A model generated the notes under the pieces. The model did no database searches. It was not told the origin of the DNA and worked only from the letters and a program-made list of their open reading frames with translations. A stretch of DNA of 63,484 nt, counting the filler, from Cladosporium halotolerans (Eukaryota): assembly GCF_011745625.1 (NCBI RefSeq). It is 5 parts of 5 records of this genome, joined end to end, with 100 filler letters (N's around TTAATTAATTAA, not from the genome) between each part and the next. Parts side by side here need not be neighbours in the genome. Positions count along the whole stretch, not along the records: positions 38,496 to 50,996 come from NW_027191575.1; positions 51,097 to 63,484 come from NW_027191577.1; 3 more parts are not named here. One strand, written 5' to 3'. Every line of letters starts with the position of its first letter. The first letter of the stretch is position 1. Positions 38,496-51,192 of this stretch are shown here, in pieces. The translations under genes and the position numbers were made by a program.

Positions 38496-38969
38496 GTCAG
38501 GTGTAGAACCCTCGTCCACGAAAGCCATCTTGGGATAGGCGAACATCTCCCAATCTCCTGGGTTGCGCTTTCGGGCACGCACCGCCGCGTGACCGTGAAG
38601 TATTTCTAGAGTCTCGCTCCTCTTACTCAACGCAGTCAAAGCAGGTATGGCCTCGGCCCCTCCTATATTGCTTGCGCTCACGCCTTGCGCCCATCTGACC
38701 AATTCCCATTCCCCTCTGGGCTTTTTTATCATCGCCTGACCGTTTGACGCGCCTAGCTCGATGGCGACGGTCCATGTTGCGGGTTTGGTGGCTGTGTGAT
38801 GCCTCTTGGAAAGCGCAGGCTGTGCAGATGTCTGATCATCGTTCTGTCCATTCGACGCGCTGAGCTCGATGGTTGAGTTGGGTGCAGCAGGTTTAGGTGT
38901 CGCTTGAGGCCGAACGGGACGCGTAGGGTGCGGAGGTTTCGGCCTCGGTATGTATTTTGTACGCGCCAT
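38496..38969 (-). CDS. Hypothetical protein starting MARTK, truncated by the contig end
   Basis: Open frame to the gap; internal repeat IEL(S/G)ASNGQ x2. Confidence 0.35.
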
Positions 38970-39269
38970 TAGACCGTGTAGAGAGCTCAGCTCGTGGATA
39001 GAGGTATTGCGATGCTCTGCTCTCTGGACGGTTTTGCTTTCGAGGCGCGACGCGTGAGGGGTTTCTCGAATGGACGAATAGCGCGACGTCGTGGGGTGAA
39101 GGGTCGAGCCGAGCAAACCAGCGAGGTTTGACGTTTTACCGAAATTATTTGCATGCTTCACAGACCGGCTGTACATTGCATACTGAGCCGGTTCTGAGGA
39201 ATTGGCGAATTGGCTGCAGCTTGGATACCAGCTGCTCAACGCCGGCTTCCTAGACGTCACGAGGGCGAT

Positions 39270-42200
39270 GTTTCTCTTTCTAATCTTATTTCTATTCATG
39301 ATGCATTCAAACGAAATAGCTTATCCGCACGTCGGCTATCTTCTCAACGACTTCTATGGCATCCTGGTGTGCTCTCGCGTCAACATTTTACAGTACAGTT
39401 ATGCTCGCCGTCCCGAACTCCACCGAGCCGCCACAGCTTTTGGGCTTATTGCCTTCCTACTTTCTTGTCTTTGTCATTCCTCATCTGTCCCCTCATCCAC
39501 GCCCGCTCTCCTCCGCCATCTCTCCCTCTTCAACGCCCCGATCTAATTTTTCGATATTCCACGAATCATCTTGGGCACCTTCTCCAGGCATTTTCTTGCC
39601 TACCTCTGTAACTTCGAGAAATTGGAGCACTTCTGCCGCGGCCTCTACTCCGAACAGAGTCTACAGGTCTGCTCTGTCGCTTCCGTAGCCGATCGAGACT
39701 TTCTTCTGTTCAGCCTCCGTAGCATAGCATCTCGCGGCCTTCGCCATCTTCTGCATTTGAGCACTGGATGTCTGACTGACTGCTCAATTGCCCTGCACCA
39801 CCAACAGTGAGCGTCGAGGGCCTTGCCAACTCTCAAAAGGTAGACTCCCGTGACCGCGTGGCCAGACTTGAGCTGCAAGTACCGAGCTCGCACCGATTTC
39901 TTGGCATCCTTGACAGTTCTATCAATTTTGCCTTGTGGCTTTTACCTTTCTCTGATAATTCGCTTGACGTGAGACAGTGACGCCGAACGCAATCTTTTTG
40001 GCTGTTGCTTAGCGGTTCGTTGCGCCGCAAGACTCGCGATTCTGTAGCCTTCTATGTTTTCGTCACTCGCAAGCCATGTCAGGGCCACTCGAACACCTGC
40101 GTCTTCGGCCCGTAGTGCCCATCTCCTGATGTATGTGTTATCGGTTGGGCCCAGTCCTTGACGTTCTCTATAGCGGCTATTGCGAGCCGGGAATTGGTCA
40201 CGATCTCAGCGAAGCAGCGGTCTGCCCGACGAAGGATCTGGGTGTTGTCTTTCACCACCATGCCGATAGCAAACACTGCAGCATCGGGGGTTGTTATGTA
40301 CTTGCCCAGCGATGAGGCCTTTGTCTTCCACCCGCGTTGCTGTCGCCATGCCACCACTACTCCATAGCTGACTTCCTTGGTCGCACTTACAAAGACTGTC
40401 AGTTGTCGTAGGTGCTCAGATTGCATCCTCTCCGGCACCTCTGAATATCCGTTGTTCCGAACTAATGGAACCGGGACAGATGAGGCAGCTTTGCAGGGCA
40501 GCTCGAATGTGTATTCGGTGTCGTATACGACCTTAACGACGATCCGCTGTGCAAGTCGGTCTCCGAACGACCAATATGCCTTCTCTGGCCTCGTCCAGCC
40601 GATGCTGGATGGCTGGCCAGCCGCTCCTTCATGTCGATGAAGCTCGCCAAAACGGAAGCTTGCTGGCAGGAGCTGATGCGTTGGGTGGTCTCCATCCGCG
40701 CTCAGAGCGCGCAATACGTACTTAGTCTGCCGACGTACGGTAGGGTCTGTCGTAGCGTATCGCGTAGCTTTTTGTTGTCTAGTCTCTTTCAGTTCCTTTT
40801 CGGTTCTCCCTCTTGGTCTCTGATACCAAGGTCAAACATGGTGGTAATCGGCATGTGGCACGAGTCGTGATCAAGTCCTTTGTCTACCTCGCTTTTAACA
40901 AGCTTGTCGACCAGACCGAGCGTTAGCCAGCACATATCGATCGTTAACTGAGCGACGCGTGCCTTATCTGTTACTGCACCCTGATGGAGCGTGTTCGTCA
41001 TGCTGAAGCGTTCCATGATGGCATTGAGACCCTCCGCTTTCCCATCTTCCTGGAGCACTCGATCTCCTCCCCATGAACCATGGTGGAGGTTGAAGTCTCC
41101 GAGTGCGACTTGATCATCAGGCTTATGTCTTTTGAGTAGCGTTCGGACCAGAGGCAAAACAACCTCAAGCTTCTCCACTGTTTGGTCAGTAACGTAGATG
41201 TTGTGTGCATGTATATACCCATGTGCCTGGGTTCCTGGTCGCATCGAACATGAAGTGAACGTGCATCTCTTGTATGCGACTCGAATTGCAACGCTGTTAT
41301 ACTGAGTCGTTTATCGCCAGAGAAACAGGCTCTGACAGGTCCGTCTTCACCGATGGCGCCAGCACGGGTGAAAATGATCTTTGGCGGGGTGGTGTGTTGT
41401 CGGCGTGAACGGGCTTCTCCATAGTTCTTGTGTGGCTAGAATGTCATACTCCACTATCCTCGGGTGCCGGAGCAGAGTTTGCCATGACTGTATCTCTGGG
41501 TTCTCGAACGTTATACTGTAGTATGTCTAGAGTGTTTCTCGAGCTCATGAGTCAATGTCTGAGTCGTCGATTCCCATTCGTTGGCTGTGGGTAAGGATCA
41601 GCGCATTGTTCTCGAGAGCCTCGAGCGCTTTTTTCGATGGGTTAGCGGTCCGTTGTGGCCTTTAGTGCCGCATTTCCCTCGGTGCTTCGTCTTCTTCATC
41701 AGTAGTTCCGCGCGGCAACCCTGTGTTCGTCCGTTTCTGTCCTCTCCCGTATGGAGAAATCTCTCTAACCGTTCTTGTGTCGGATGGCTGGGCAACATCT
41801 CTCCCTGATCTTCTGATCCGAAGTGTTCCTATCGTTGGACCGGGCTGGGCTATCGGTACGGAAGCCTCCGGTACCGGGTGGTAGTAAGATCGCGTTGCAT
41901 ACGCTGCCTTAGTCCGGCCAAGCTTCTTGTGGCTCCAAGCTTCGTGCGTGCCAACGCGGGCTGCACATTTCCGAGATGCGGTGCGTTCGGCCTTCGACGA
42001 GCAATCCCTGGAGCTGTGCTCCTGCGCGCAAAAGCCACATGCTGTTGCTACCTTGCATTGGGTCCATATGTGGCCGTATTTCAGGCACTTGAAGCACTAC
42101 TTCAAAGGACAATGTCGCTCGTACTTCTCGCACTGAAACCGCTCTCCCTGCCAAACCAGGCCTTCGTCGATAATCTTGTTCGCGTCTTCAGGCTTGGTCA

Positions 42201-43480
42201 ACTCAGTGATCACAGATGACGCCGTCTTGGCTGTCAAATTTCTGGTCAGCCAACCTATATATTGAACCTTTGTTCGTGGTATAAAAGGTCGGCTGTCATG
42301 CAGGATGTTGTCCCGGATCTCTGCAAACTTCTCCATTTTCATGGTGCTAGTGCGGACCCCGTGTGCGAGGACGCCATACGTCGGGTTGCAGACGTATGCT
42401 CCGTTGCGGACAAGGACGGTCCAGTCGTCTGCAACTTGTCCGAGGGTTCGTGTTTCTGAGATAGTAGATGTTCTGAGGCTCAAGTCCCCGCTCTTCAATT
42501 GATTGGAAAACATGATTTTGACATTTACAATGTATTCATTCTGGCGTTGTTCGAGGGCTCGCTCGACGTGGGGCTTCAGGTAATGTGGGCTCATGGCTCG
42601 AATGTTTGAGATGGTCAGTGGGGTTTTTGTTGTGAAACTGGGTCCCTGCCCCTAAACACTGCAGCTGTTATCAGCTTATCATACGCTAGTGTTTCAGGTT
42701 GGCTACATATATACAGTCCTTGCCTCGAGAATGTAGAGAATGTATGGGAATGATCTTGCGTACGATGCTACCGATCAGAAATTGATCAACAATTTTGATG
42801 CTCACAATGGTTTCACGTTGGGCTTGCGTGATGCTGCCTCGTCACTTTGCGTCCTGTGAGATCCTGCAGCTAGCGTTCCACTGGCGTCTGCTGCTGCATA
42901 GGTTATTTGTCCATGTGCGCTGACGTGGGGGTGCTATCCTTGATCTCTTTGACCAATTCCGCTAACTTGTTGCCCTTCTCCGCCGCCTATTGTGCTGCCG
43001 TTTTTGTCACTTCTCCAATCTTGATGCCTCGCTTGATATCTGCCGCATCATTCCTCAGATCCACTCTTACCGCCCCTACAACCTTTGCAGACTCCTCGAA
43101 CGTGGCCTTTGCCTCCGTCTTCATCAAGTCTAGCGCATTCTGGATAGTGGGCAAGTCCGGGTGTTCTGAGCGCGTCGTTGATCAGGCTCGGAATTCCGGT
43201 GATGATAGACCTCGCAAGCTCCGATGGCACGACCTGGTCTTGCAGGTGGTCGGTACAGTTCAGCGTGTCGCGGAGATACTTGGTGAGTTCGGTAACGTGC
43301 TCGCGGAGTTCGAGGGGCCAGATTGCCCCTTCTGGCCATGGAGCCGCCACTTCCGTGCAGCCTTGCTGGGCGACGCGATTGTCGTGAAAGCACCCCAAGA
43401 TCCTCTTCTTAAGGACCGTGTACGTGCAGCAAATGAAGCTAATTCCAATAATTAGAGTGCTCGCTGGTGTCGTGTTTTTC
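39270..43480 (-). mobile_element. Degenerate Tad1-like LINE with the RT core deleted
   Basis: ORF1 (QLKSGDL, YGVLAHGVRT, IIDEGLVWQG, Cys/His knuckles). ORF2 ATG at 41548 (ILQYNV; GDFNLHH..WGG; TIDMCW; DHDSCHMPI), RNase H relic, and YLQLKSGHAVTG..CWWC...HPVLKC. Purine-rich 3' region. Ends approximate. Confidence 0.9.
42628..42791. mobile_element. 164-bp solo LTR (Copia-like termini) inserted in LINE ORF1
   Basis: TGTTG...CAACA ends and 5-bp flanks GTTTT/ATTTT. Excision restores the ORF1 frame RETIVSIKTPLTISNIRAM. Confidence 0.75.
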
Positions 43481-43520
43481 CATTAGTCACTAGCCGGAGG
43501 TGTCTGATTGCACAGCCGGA

Positions 43521-43548
43521 CACGTGCTAGTCACGTGCTAGTCACGTG
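43521..43548. promoter_or_regulatory. Three phased CACGTG (E-box) motifs
   Basis: CACGTG at 43521, 43532 and 43543 (11-bp period). Confidence 0.4.
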
Positions 43549-43710
43549 CGATGAGATTCTAGTAAAAATCTAGTATACGTCATCATTGCATCATGCCTCC
43601 CACCTTCGATGGTGTTGTTGTGCAGACCGGCTGCACAGAGAGAGACTCATCATTTGTTTCCGTCTTGGTCTCATGACTAGTATTCACGACACAACCAGCG
43701 GTGTTGCAAG

Positions 43711-45470
43711 ATGTCCACGCGCGGACCGCGTAGTCCGAGGGCAAAGCGAGCCCAGATTTTGGTAAGCCCAATTCGACGCCGCGGCTGCGCATCGGCTAAT
43801 GGCATCAGGTCGCATGCGATGCATGCAGAAAGAGCAGGACAAAGGTGAGTTGCCAGACTCATTGATAATGGCATTATAGCAGTGTCGACATGTAACTCAA
43901 CGAACAACTCAGTGCGATGGAGTCCGTCCCACTTGTGGCCGGTGTGCAAAGCGGGCCATGACACAGTGTCATTACTCAGCCGATGTAGACGCTACTCCCA
44001 ATGTCGCATTGAAACGAAAGCTCGCTGCCCTGGAGCAGGCATACATGTTGCAATGCCAGGAGATTGCCCGCCTCAAGATGCCTCACATGCCTCGTTTATC
44101 CGAAATTTCAGATCATGCTACTGCAGAACAGGCCAGCGATGTCCCTGTTCTTTCGCCAAATGAAAACGAGCATTCTCGAGCTGGACTGTCTCCAGCTGAT
44201 AGTTTCACTCCCAATGACACCACTTCATTTGGATTTACAGCACCTTGTGTGAGGCGGGAAGAGACTGAAAGAGATGCTATACTCATTCTGCAAGCTCTCG
44301 TATCATTGCCCGATACCGAGAGCACTACATTTCTCGCCCGTCTTCGGTTGGGCGAAGATTGGTGCAGTATCGCGAGGGGGCTCAGGCCCACAGAAATCAG
44401 GCATGATAAGGCAACTCAGTGAGTGTATCCCTGCATCACCCAGAGACCTGTTCATAAGAGATGGTTTTAAGTCTCTTCGCAACCATTTTTTGCGTATCTG
44501 TGGCATGGTTTCCTTAGCAAGTCTAAAATTCTGCTGCAGTGAAGTCTCCCAATCGGCACAAACGCAAATTCCTTTCAAGCAGTGGCTCCATCCACTGTTC
44601 GACCATACATATTTTATACAAACACGCCATTTGCCCTGCAATTCAATGGCGTGTATACCTACAAACCCGCCTAGCACAGTTCTCGAGTTCGGGAACCTAC
44701 CCTTCTCTAGTTCTATTGCTGCCAATCACCATCCTCTGCAAATTCAGCAAGCGCAGCAGCTGAACTTTTCCGTTCCCGCTTGGGCCAGGCTTGTACTGAA
44801 TGGGGAAACTTATGGCTCTGATCCATTTGAAAGTACAATTATTGGAATGAAAAATATCGTCCTTAATGGTACAGATGTTGACTACTTTTGCGGAACTCAT
44901 GCTTACCTGGAAGCTCTGGATAACGAAGATGCATTCAATCGGGCCCCAAAACTTTCGCAAACCGTCGCACGTACCATTAGAAGCATTAAGCCTACAGAAA
45001 GCGGCACGACATTTACGCAATATGCAATGATACATTGGTTTTGGGCCCTCTGGAGGTGGATGCTAAAACCTACGAAAAACACGTACCGCGACATTCCAGC
45101 CTTCGCCAGGCCAACATCATCCCAGCAGTTCGTCTCGCATCCGTGTGTCTACGACTTCATATTACCCCAAAGACTGCGCGATCTGGTATGCTTTTCTGAT
45201 ACTCCCGACATTCGATGGTTCACGGAAGCGGGCAAAACGATTACTTGCCACTGGCACGGCGACGTAACCGCTGCGCTGTGTAAAGATGGTGAGACCAACG
45301 AGATCGATCTCAACCCCATAGCCAGGGTGAGTATCTCGTGCTTGAAGATAGCAAGCAGCAAAACGCTAACATGGATCCAGCTGCATATCTCGACAGAGCA
45401 AAACTGGTCTCTGGGCCCGTCGGTAAGGCCATTGCTGACCGATGTAGATTCTTTCATAAGCATCAGATGA
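43711..45470 (+). CDS. Zn(II)2Cys6 transcription factor with DUF3425-like C-terminus
   Basis: Introns 43762-43808 and 43845-43912 give VACDACRKSRTKCDGVRPTCGRCAKRAMTQC. Further introns near 44419 and 45327. C-terminal RPT..Q...HP..YDF..P.LRD and NWSLG. Confidence 0.85.
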
Positions 45471-45549
45471 TGCATAACTTGTTGATAATGGCAATTTTTG
45501 TTCCAATCCGCCTGATCAGGGAGATCGTCTGCGAAGGAATGTGCGGAGA

Positions 45550-47372
45550 ACGCGACTGCGTCGCGACAAGCATGAGCGCTCGATCTGATCCTCGGAGTAG
45601 ACCAGGCCAGCAGCCAGGCGGGCTCCACGGAGCTGAGCGAGATGAGAGTACCATAGCCCATTGTTCACCAGCAGTCCTATCCGACGTTGGGCCGCGCGCC
45701 ACTAATCTCGTGCCGGCACCACCGAACAAACAGCAAAAGAGCGGCTGGATCTGGAGGCATGAAGAGGTCGTGGCCGATCTCAAGGTTGAATTGAACAAAT
45801 GGCTCTGCCGTCTCTGCTACGAGGAGCCATCGCAAAGCTTGGTCGTGTACTTGCCATGCGAACCTACGAATGCACAAGAACTCCAAGACGCATTGCTTTC
45901 TGTACTTCGGGAGCACAAGATCAATGAAAGATCGGATACTTCATTGCGGACAATGCTGCGAACATCCATGCCGCTCTGCGCCTTCTTCCTATCATATCGA
46001 CGTCAAGCCAGCCAGACAGAGGTTGCGTTGTAGTGGCCATGTGGTCAACCTGGTCGTCGAGGCTATACTATATGGTGTCGACAGCGAGAGCATGCTCGAT
46101 GCCGCTCTTCCGGGGTCAGGTCATGGAGGCGATAGCGAGCTGTTTGATGCTTCTACGGTGCCAAGTTTCAAGCAGCACTTGGCTCCAAATGTGAAGCATC
46201 ACGACTCGACGCCTGGCGAAGGAAGGGCCCGACCGGTAAGCTTCACAATCTCATCGTGCGCCTCAAGTATGGCTCAGCAAGACGCCGCTTCTTCGAGGCC
46301 AAGCAAGGTGAGACAGACACGCGACTGTATCGGGTGATTGTCAATGGTGGGATGCGGTGGGACTCCGCTTGTAAGATGGTCGAGCGTGCCTTTCAAGTGA
46401 CCGATGCGTTGCAATTGTACCAAGAGTACTTCAGGAGCAGCGGCACTGGCCGCCTCGACAACCGCAACTGTCTAAGCAGACGATGGGCAAGAGCTGACAG
46501 ATTTGCTCAAGCATCCTTGAAGGAAGCCTCCTTGAAAGTCCAGGCCATGGCAAGAGACGGCCAGAATGCCGTCTTATGGCAAAGTCTGTCTATTCTGGAT
46601 TGGCTGATCTCTACCATCGGAGGCCTGAAGAGAACACTTACTCGAAACCACTTCAGAGCATGTGTCATTCTTGACTGGGAGAGGCTGGACAAGTATTACG
46701 CGTTGAGCGATGCCACCCCCGCGTATCGTCTTGCGATATAATTGCATCCATACTTCGAACGACGTTGATTCGAGCGGCATTGGGCGGGGAAGACGTCCTG
46801 GCTCGAAAGCGCCGATGAATTAATGAACACAACGTGACAGAATGCAAAGCGGCGGTGGCCAAACGAAGAGATCGCGCCGTCGCCAAAGCAACAGGAGATG
46901 GACGCCTTTGATGCTTGCAACCACGACATCGACGACGACACGGTAAACGATGAGTTGGCCCGCTACCTATGAGAGGAGCGTGCACCGTAAGGCACTCGCC
47001 CGCTCACCCCGCGGCGAGAACATCATCACAGATTCCTTCTCTTACGTCATCTCGGTTTCCAAGTCCTCGCAGCACCCGCAAGCTATGCCACTGATGAGCG
47101 AATGTTTTCGATGGCTGAAGACGTTGTCAACGATGAGCGACCCAGCACGACGGAGGAGTTAGCAGAGGTGTAGCAAGGGTCAGGCAGCTGGTACTCGGAA
47201 AGACTGCTGTGATGGATATAGCCTTTTCAAGTTGCAACTCTCCTTGGGGACCGTGCACTGAACGAACGATGAACATCTGAGTAGACCTGAACGAATGAAC
47301 AAAGCCTGCTCATGAAGCCAAACGAACGACCACTACCCTTGTATGGTGTTCGCTCGTTCATTGCCCACCCTG
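45550..47372 (+). mobile_element. Degenerate hAT transposon related to the 25706-27323 element
   Basis: SGWIWRH..WLCRLC, RLRCSGHVVNLV, WRRKGP.GKLHN, LYRVIVNGGMRWDS and LDKYY over many frames. GAAC subterminal repeats and a terminal CACCCTG. Confidence 0.85.
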
Positions 47373-47563
47373 AGCAAGGACGATACGCTTCTTATTCCAG
47401 GCATCCTCGACCTTCGACACCAGTTGTGCCACTGCGTCTGATGTTCCTCTTCCTCAACGGCAACCGTCCTGTCCGCGGTGGAGGATGCCGCTCTTTTCTC
47501 GAAAGGATGCGATCTAAGGTGGGATTGCCTTCTCAACCCCATTGCTAGGACAGCTGAGCAGGC

Positions 47564-48954
47564 CAGAGATGCACACAATCAAAAACTTACTTGATGACTT
47601 GATCGATTTAGCTTAGATGTCCAACCGATCAATGCTTAAGCTTCCGGATTGTTTGGTAACCTGCAATACAAAGCGAGACTTGGTCATGATAGGGTAAGGG
47701 TTGGGGCTGAACTCGAGCTTGCAAGAAACTCTTTGAGTACAATGACCAATCAAGCGCGCCTCTCTTTGCGCCTCGTGCCGTTGAACGCGTCGCGCGTCCG
47801 CCAAAACGCCGCGACGCTCGATGTCCCATGCCCGCATGTGAGCTTGAGAAACACAATGACACAACCAATCGTTGCGACTTCTGAGCTCGCCGACAGCGGC
47901 CGCGATCCAGTGGTTGTAGTTGTGTGGACCCACCGATTGACAGCTTGACAGGTCTCGACTGGCGGCGCGTCAAGGGGTACAAGGCAGCTTGCAACATCAT
48001 GAAAAATCCCTCATAGTATTGGCAGCATGTCTATCGGCTGAAAAAAGAAAAAAAAAACACTAATTCTGGCTCTGTAGGCGATGCCACCACGGATCTGTCA
48101 AACGCCCGTTTCCCAAAGACCACATTTTCCAGACTACGCTCGCGACGTCTGCGGCAGCAAGTCATCCGGACAAACATCACTCGCTTGACGAGAACGGGGC
48201 TACCACAACCATACAACCGTCGTCGAAGAGGCGAAGAATTGAGAGCTGGAGCTTCGGTGCCATCACCAAGCAGGAACATTCAGGCTCCGGATTCGATTGC
48301 AACAGGTCCAAGACCCTATTGCTGAGATTGGTGATCGCCGACAGTATTTCTTCCCAGAAGGCAGTATCCGACCATTTCCTCCAATTGCTGGCTTTTGTGG
48401 GCTCCAGTGTTCGTCTAAAAGACCATATGCCAAGTCGTGCAGCACCTTCGAGATGGGTGGCCAGAGCTTACGACCAGCAGCTAGAGCTATCAGAAGCAAT
48501 CTGTTCAGCGGCAACGCGGGTCAACCTTTCATTTGATATGTGGACGTCGCAAAATCAGCTTGCACTTATGCGTCTTGTCGCACATTTGCTCGACCAGTCA
48601 GGCACGCCGCGCACGGTGCTTCTGAGCCTCCTCCGACAGGAAGGGAAACAATGCATACACAACATCTCGGAGACACCAGCCGAGGTCATTTCCGAGTTTG
48701 ACATTGGCGACAAGCTCGGCTACATCGTGACGGACAATGCTCCGAACAACACTAAGTGTCTCAAATGCCTCAGTGAAGAATTTGGCTCCATTGGAACTAA
48801 TTACCACGTGCACTTCGCAGGACATGTCTTCAACCTTGTCGCCAAAGCAATCATCTTCCGGAGCGACGACGATGCATCCGAACCAGACCCGGAGGATCTC
48901 GGCTTCGAAGACCATAAACTCAGCAAATGGCGCAAGAAAGGTCTGCTTGGTTGA
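47564..48954 (+). mobile_element. Second degenerate hAT element (5' end and catalytic fragment)
   Basis: Putative terminus CAGAGATGCACACAATCAA; LSFDMWTSQN, GYIVTDNAPNN, GHVFNLVAKAI and KWRKKG. Confidence 0.8.
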
Positions 48955-50728
48955 CAAGGCCACAGGAAGGCGACAGGAAGGCTTACATTTAGTGTTAGAA
49001 GTTGCCAAACACATGACTTCACCGCGCTACATGCGTCTAACCCTAACGTAGAAGTTCGCAACCTTCAATTCATGCCTAGCAGCGGCACCGACTGACCAAT
49101 TCTGCCCGCTCGCAATTGGCTTTGTAGTGGCATTCGCGATCATAGAAACTATTGAAGAGCACACTGCCTTGCTGACAGGTGCCAAATCGAGCTCCATGGT
49201 TCAAGCATCCTTGCAAAAGGCCTCATCAATGCCTCTGTAACAATTGCATTGGATTGTGACAGCGGCTTCTGTGAGCCGCCGTACGTCTGGAGATTCGTGC
49301 CGGCACAAAATTCCCTCAAAGCCGGCTCGATGAGGACATCAAAGACGCGCGCGTGAGGAACGAAGTACTGATACGCAGTCGGCCAGGCAGTCTCGGGTGC
49401 CGCATGATACTTTCTTTGTCGGCTTCATCATTCACCTCTGTAGGATGCAGTGCCAGTACTTAGCCGCATACTGTGATTGAGGAGCTGCCCGTTTCCGGTC
49501 TTATGCTCTTCGCACTGCTTGCGACGGTAAAAGGCAGACTTGGTGCCCGTCTGTGGGTGTCGTTGTCGTCAAGAGCTCTAACAAAAACATGAGCGCCGCA
49601 CAGCTCCTCCGTGGTCTGGCCAAGTGAAAGATCGGCCAGCGATTCGGCGAGGACCTCCTCAAACGAATCATCTTGCCGCGTTGCTGCACTACCGACCGTC
49701 CGCATCTCCCGTAGGGCGGCGAAGAGATCATAATCTTGCATTTGTTGCACATGAGCGACGTGTTGATTTGCGTATTTATACAGCGCTCGAAAATGGCAGG
49801 TCACCAAAGCCTTGGGAAGTGTAGACGTCCTCGAGCAGGGCGCGTCTCGTATGTGTGGTGCAGGGTATGCGACCTGACAGCCGCAAAGTGTCCAATGTCG
49901 ATTAAAAAGGGTAGCCACTGCTTCCCCTTTGAAAGAAGGGTATATGAGGAAAAACAGGCTTTTACATGGCGAGCACACGCAATTGGCGATGACACATCGA
50001 TCGCGTGGTATGCAGACTGACTAACGTTGTTGCTCGATGACGCTGTCTGAGTAGGTAACTGCTTTGCAACACATCTTGCAATTTCGCTCGCGAACACATC
50101 ATCGCGTTGAAGAGCACATTTGGTTTGTTGCCGGCTCTTTCCTGAGCGGAGTCGCGCAAGGAGTGCAACAATCTCACGATCGGAGCGTGTCCCCAAATCT
50201 GAAAATACTTCCGCCGCACGAGCATCCGGCTCTTGCAAGAGCCCATTCTGGCTGTCTTCGGCGGGTGTATCTCCTGAGAAGCAAGGCCTGCCAAAGGTCG
50301 GCGTCGTCTTTTCATTCAGGGAATCTTGCAACCCGGCTGACCTGCTCATCATCACCATCACCTTGAGGCGGTCGAGCTCCGCCCGCTGTAGTTCATAGAC
50401 GACAAAGAGGCCACCCAGGCGCACGGACGGGCCTTGACCTGTCGCAGAGGCTCAGAATCTGTCTGGTCAAAGCACATGTGGCGTCCCGCTAAATGACGAA
50501 GGATGAACGAGGGCCTTCGCGCTTTATCACCGTGGCTCGCACGATCGTCCATGTCTCCAAGATCGTGCTAGTGACGGCCGTCTGGCACCTTCAAGTAGCG
50601 TTGCTGGCCCATCATCGTGTCGCAATGCTCGCGTTGCCCTCACCTTTCTCATTGCGGACCGCCAGACTGCGGCTGCACTGCTCCCTCGCGGGATCTGGGT
50701 GATGCAGCAGTGTTTCCTGGCAAACAAC

Positions 50729-50996
50729 ATGCTTGTCCAACCGCCATTGACCCCCGTCCCGTCAATATCGGGGAGTACGATGTCCTCACGCTCATCTGTC
50801 GTCGACCCGGCGCGGTCGCAAACAACGCCCTCGGAACGTCACGTTCACACGACGCCGCTGCTCAAGCGCAAGCGCGAGCGCGAGCGCGATAAGCCACACA
50901 ATGGACAAGAGCCGATCATCATCCACGGCCAGAGTGCAACGTCGGAGCAGCTGTACTTCATCGACGATGATTCAATGGACAAAGCGTTTTCCTTAC
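50729..50996 (+). CDS. Possible N-terminus of a gene cut by the contig end
   Basis: ATG in AACAACATG context, open to the gap, basic KRKRERERDK patch. Confidence 0.3.
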
Positions 50997-51096
50997 NNNN
51001 NNNNNNNNNNNNNNNNNNNNNNNNNNNNNNNNNNNNNNNNTTAATTAATTAANNNNNNNNNNNNNNNNNNNNNNNNNNNNNNNNNNNNNNNNNNNN
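50997..51096. other. Artificial contig spacer
   Basis: N44-TTAATTAATTAA-N44. Confidence 0.98.
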
Positions 51097-51192
51097 TGCT
51101 ACTCTCAAGCTCAAGCAATCAAGCAAGCCCAGTCAGTCAATCAATCAAGCATATAGTTCCCGCTTGAGCTTGATTGATTGTGCAGAAGTCTG
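51097..51192. mobile_element. hAT-like transposon end inserted in a transcription factor gene
   Basis: TCAAG/AATC repeats ending TTGATTGTGCAGAAGTCTG, an inverted match to 63389-63407. Confidence 0.75.

Noticed and set aside
49037..49047. Telomeric motifs (also 60689)
   Set aside because: Under two units and internal; not telomeres.
49100..50450. Possible degraded gene on the minus strand (coiled coil, IVALLARLRSG)
   Set aside because: Fragmented, with no diagnostic motif to support a call.
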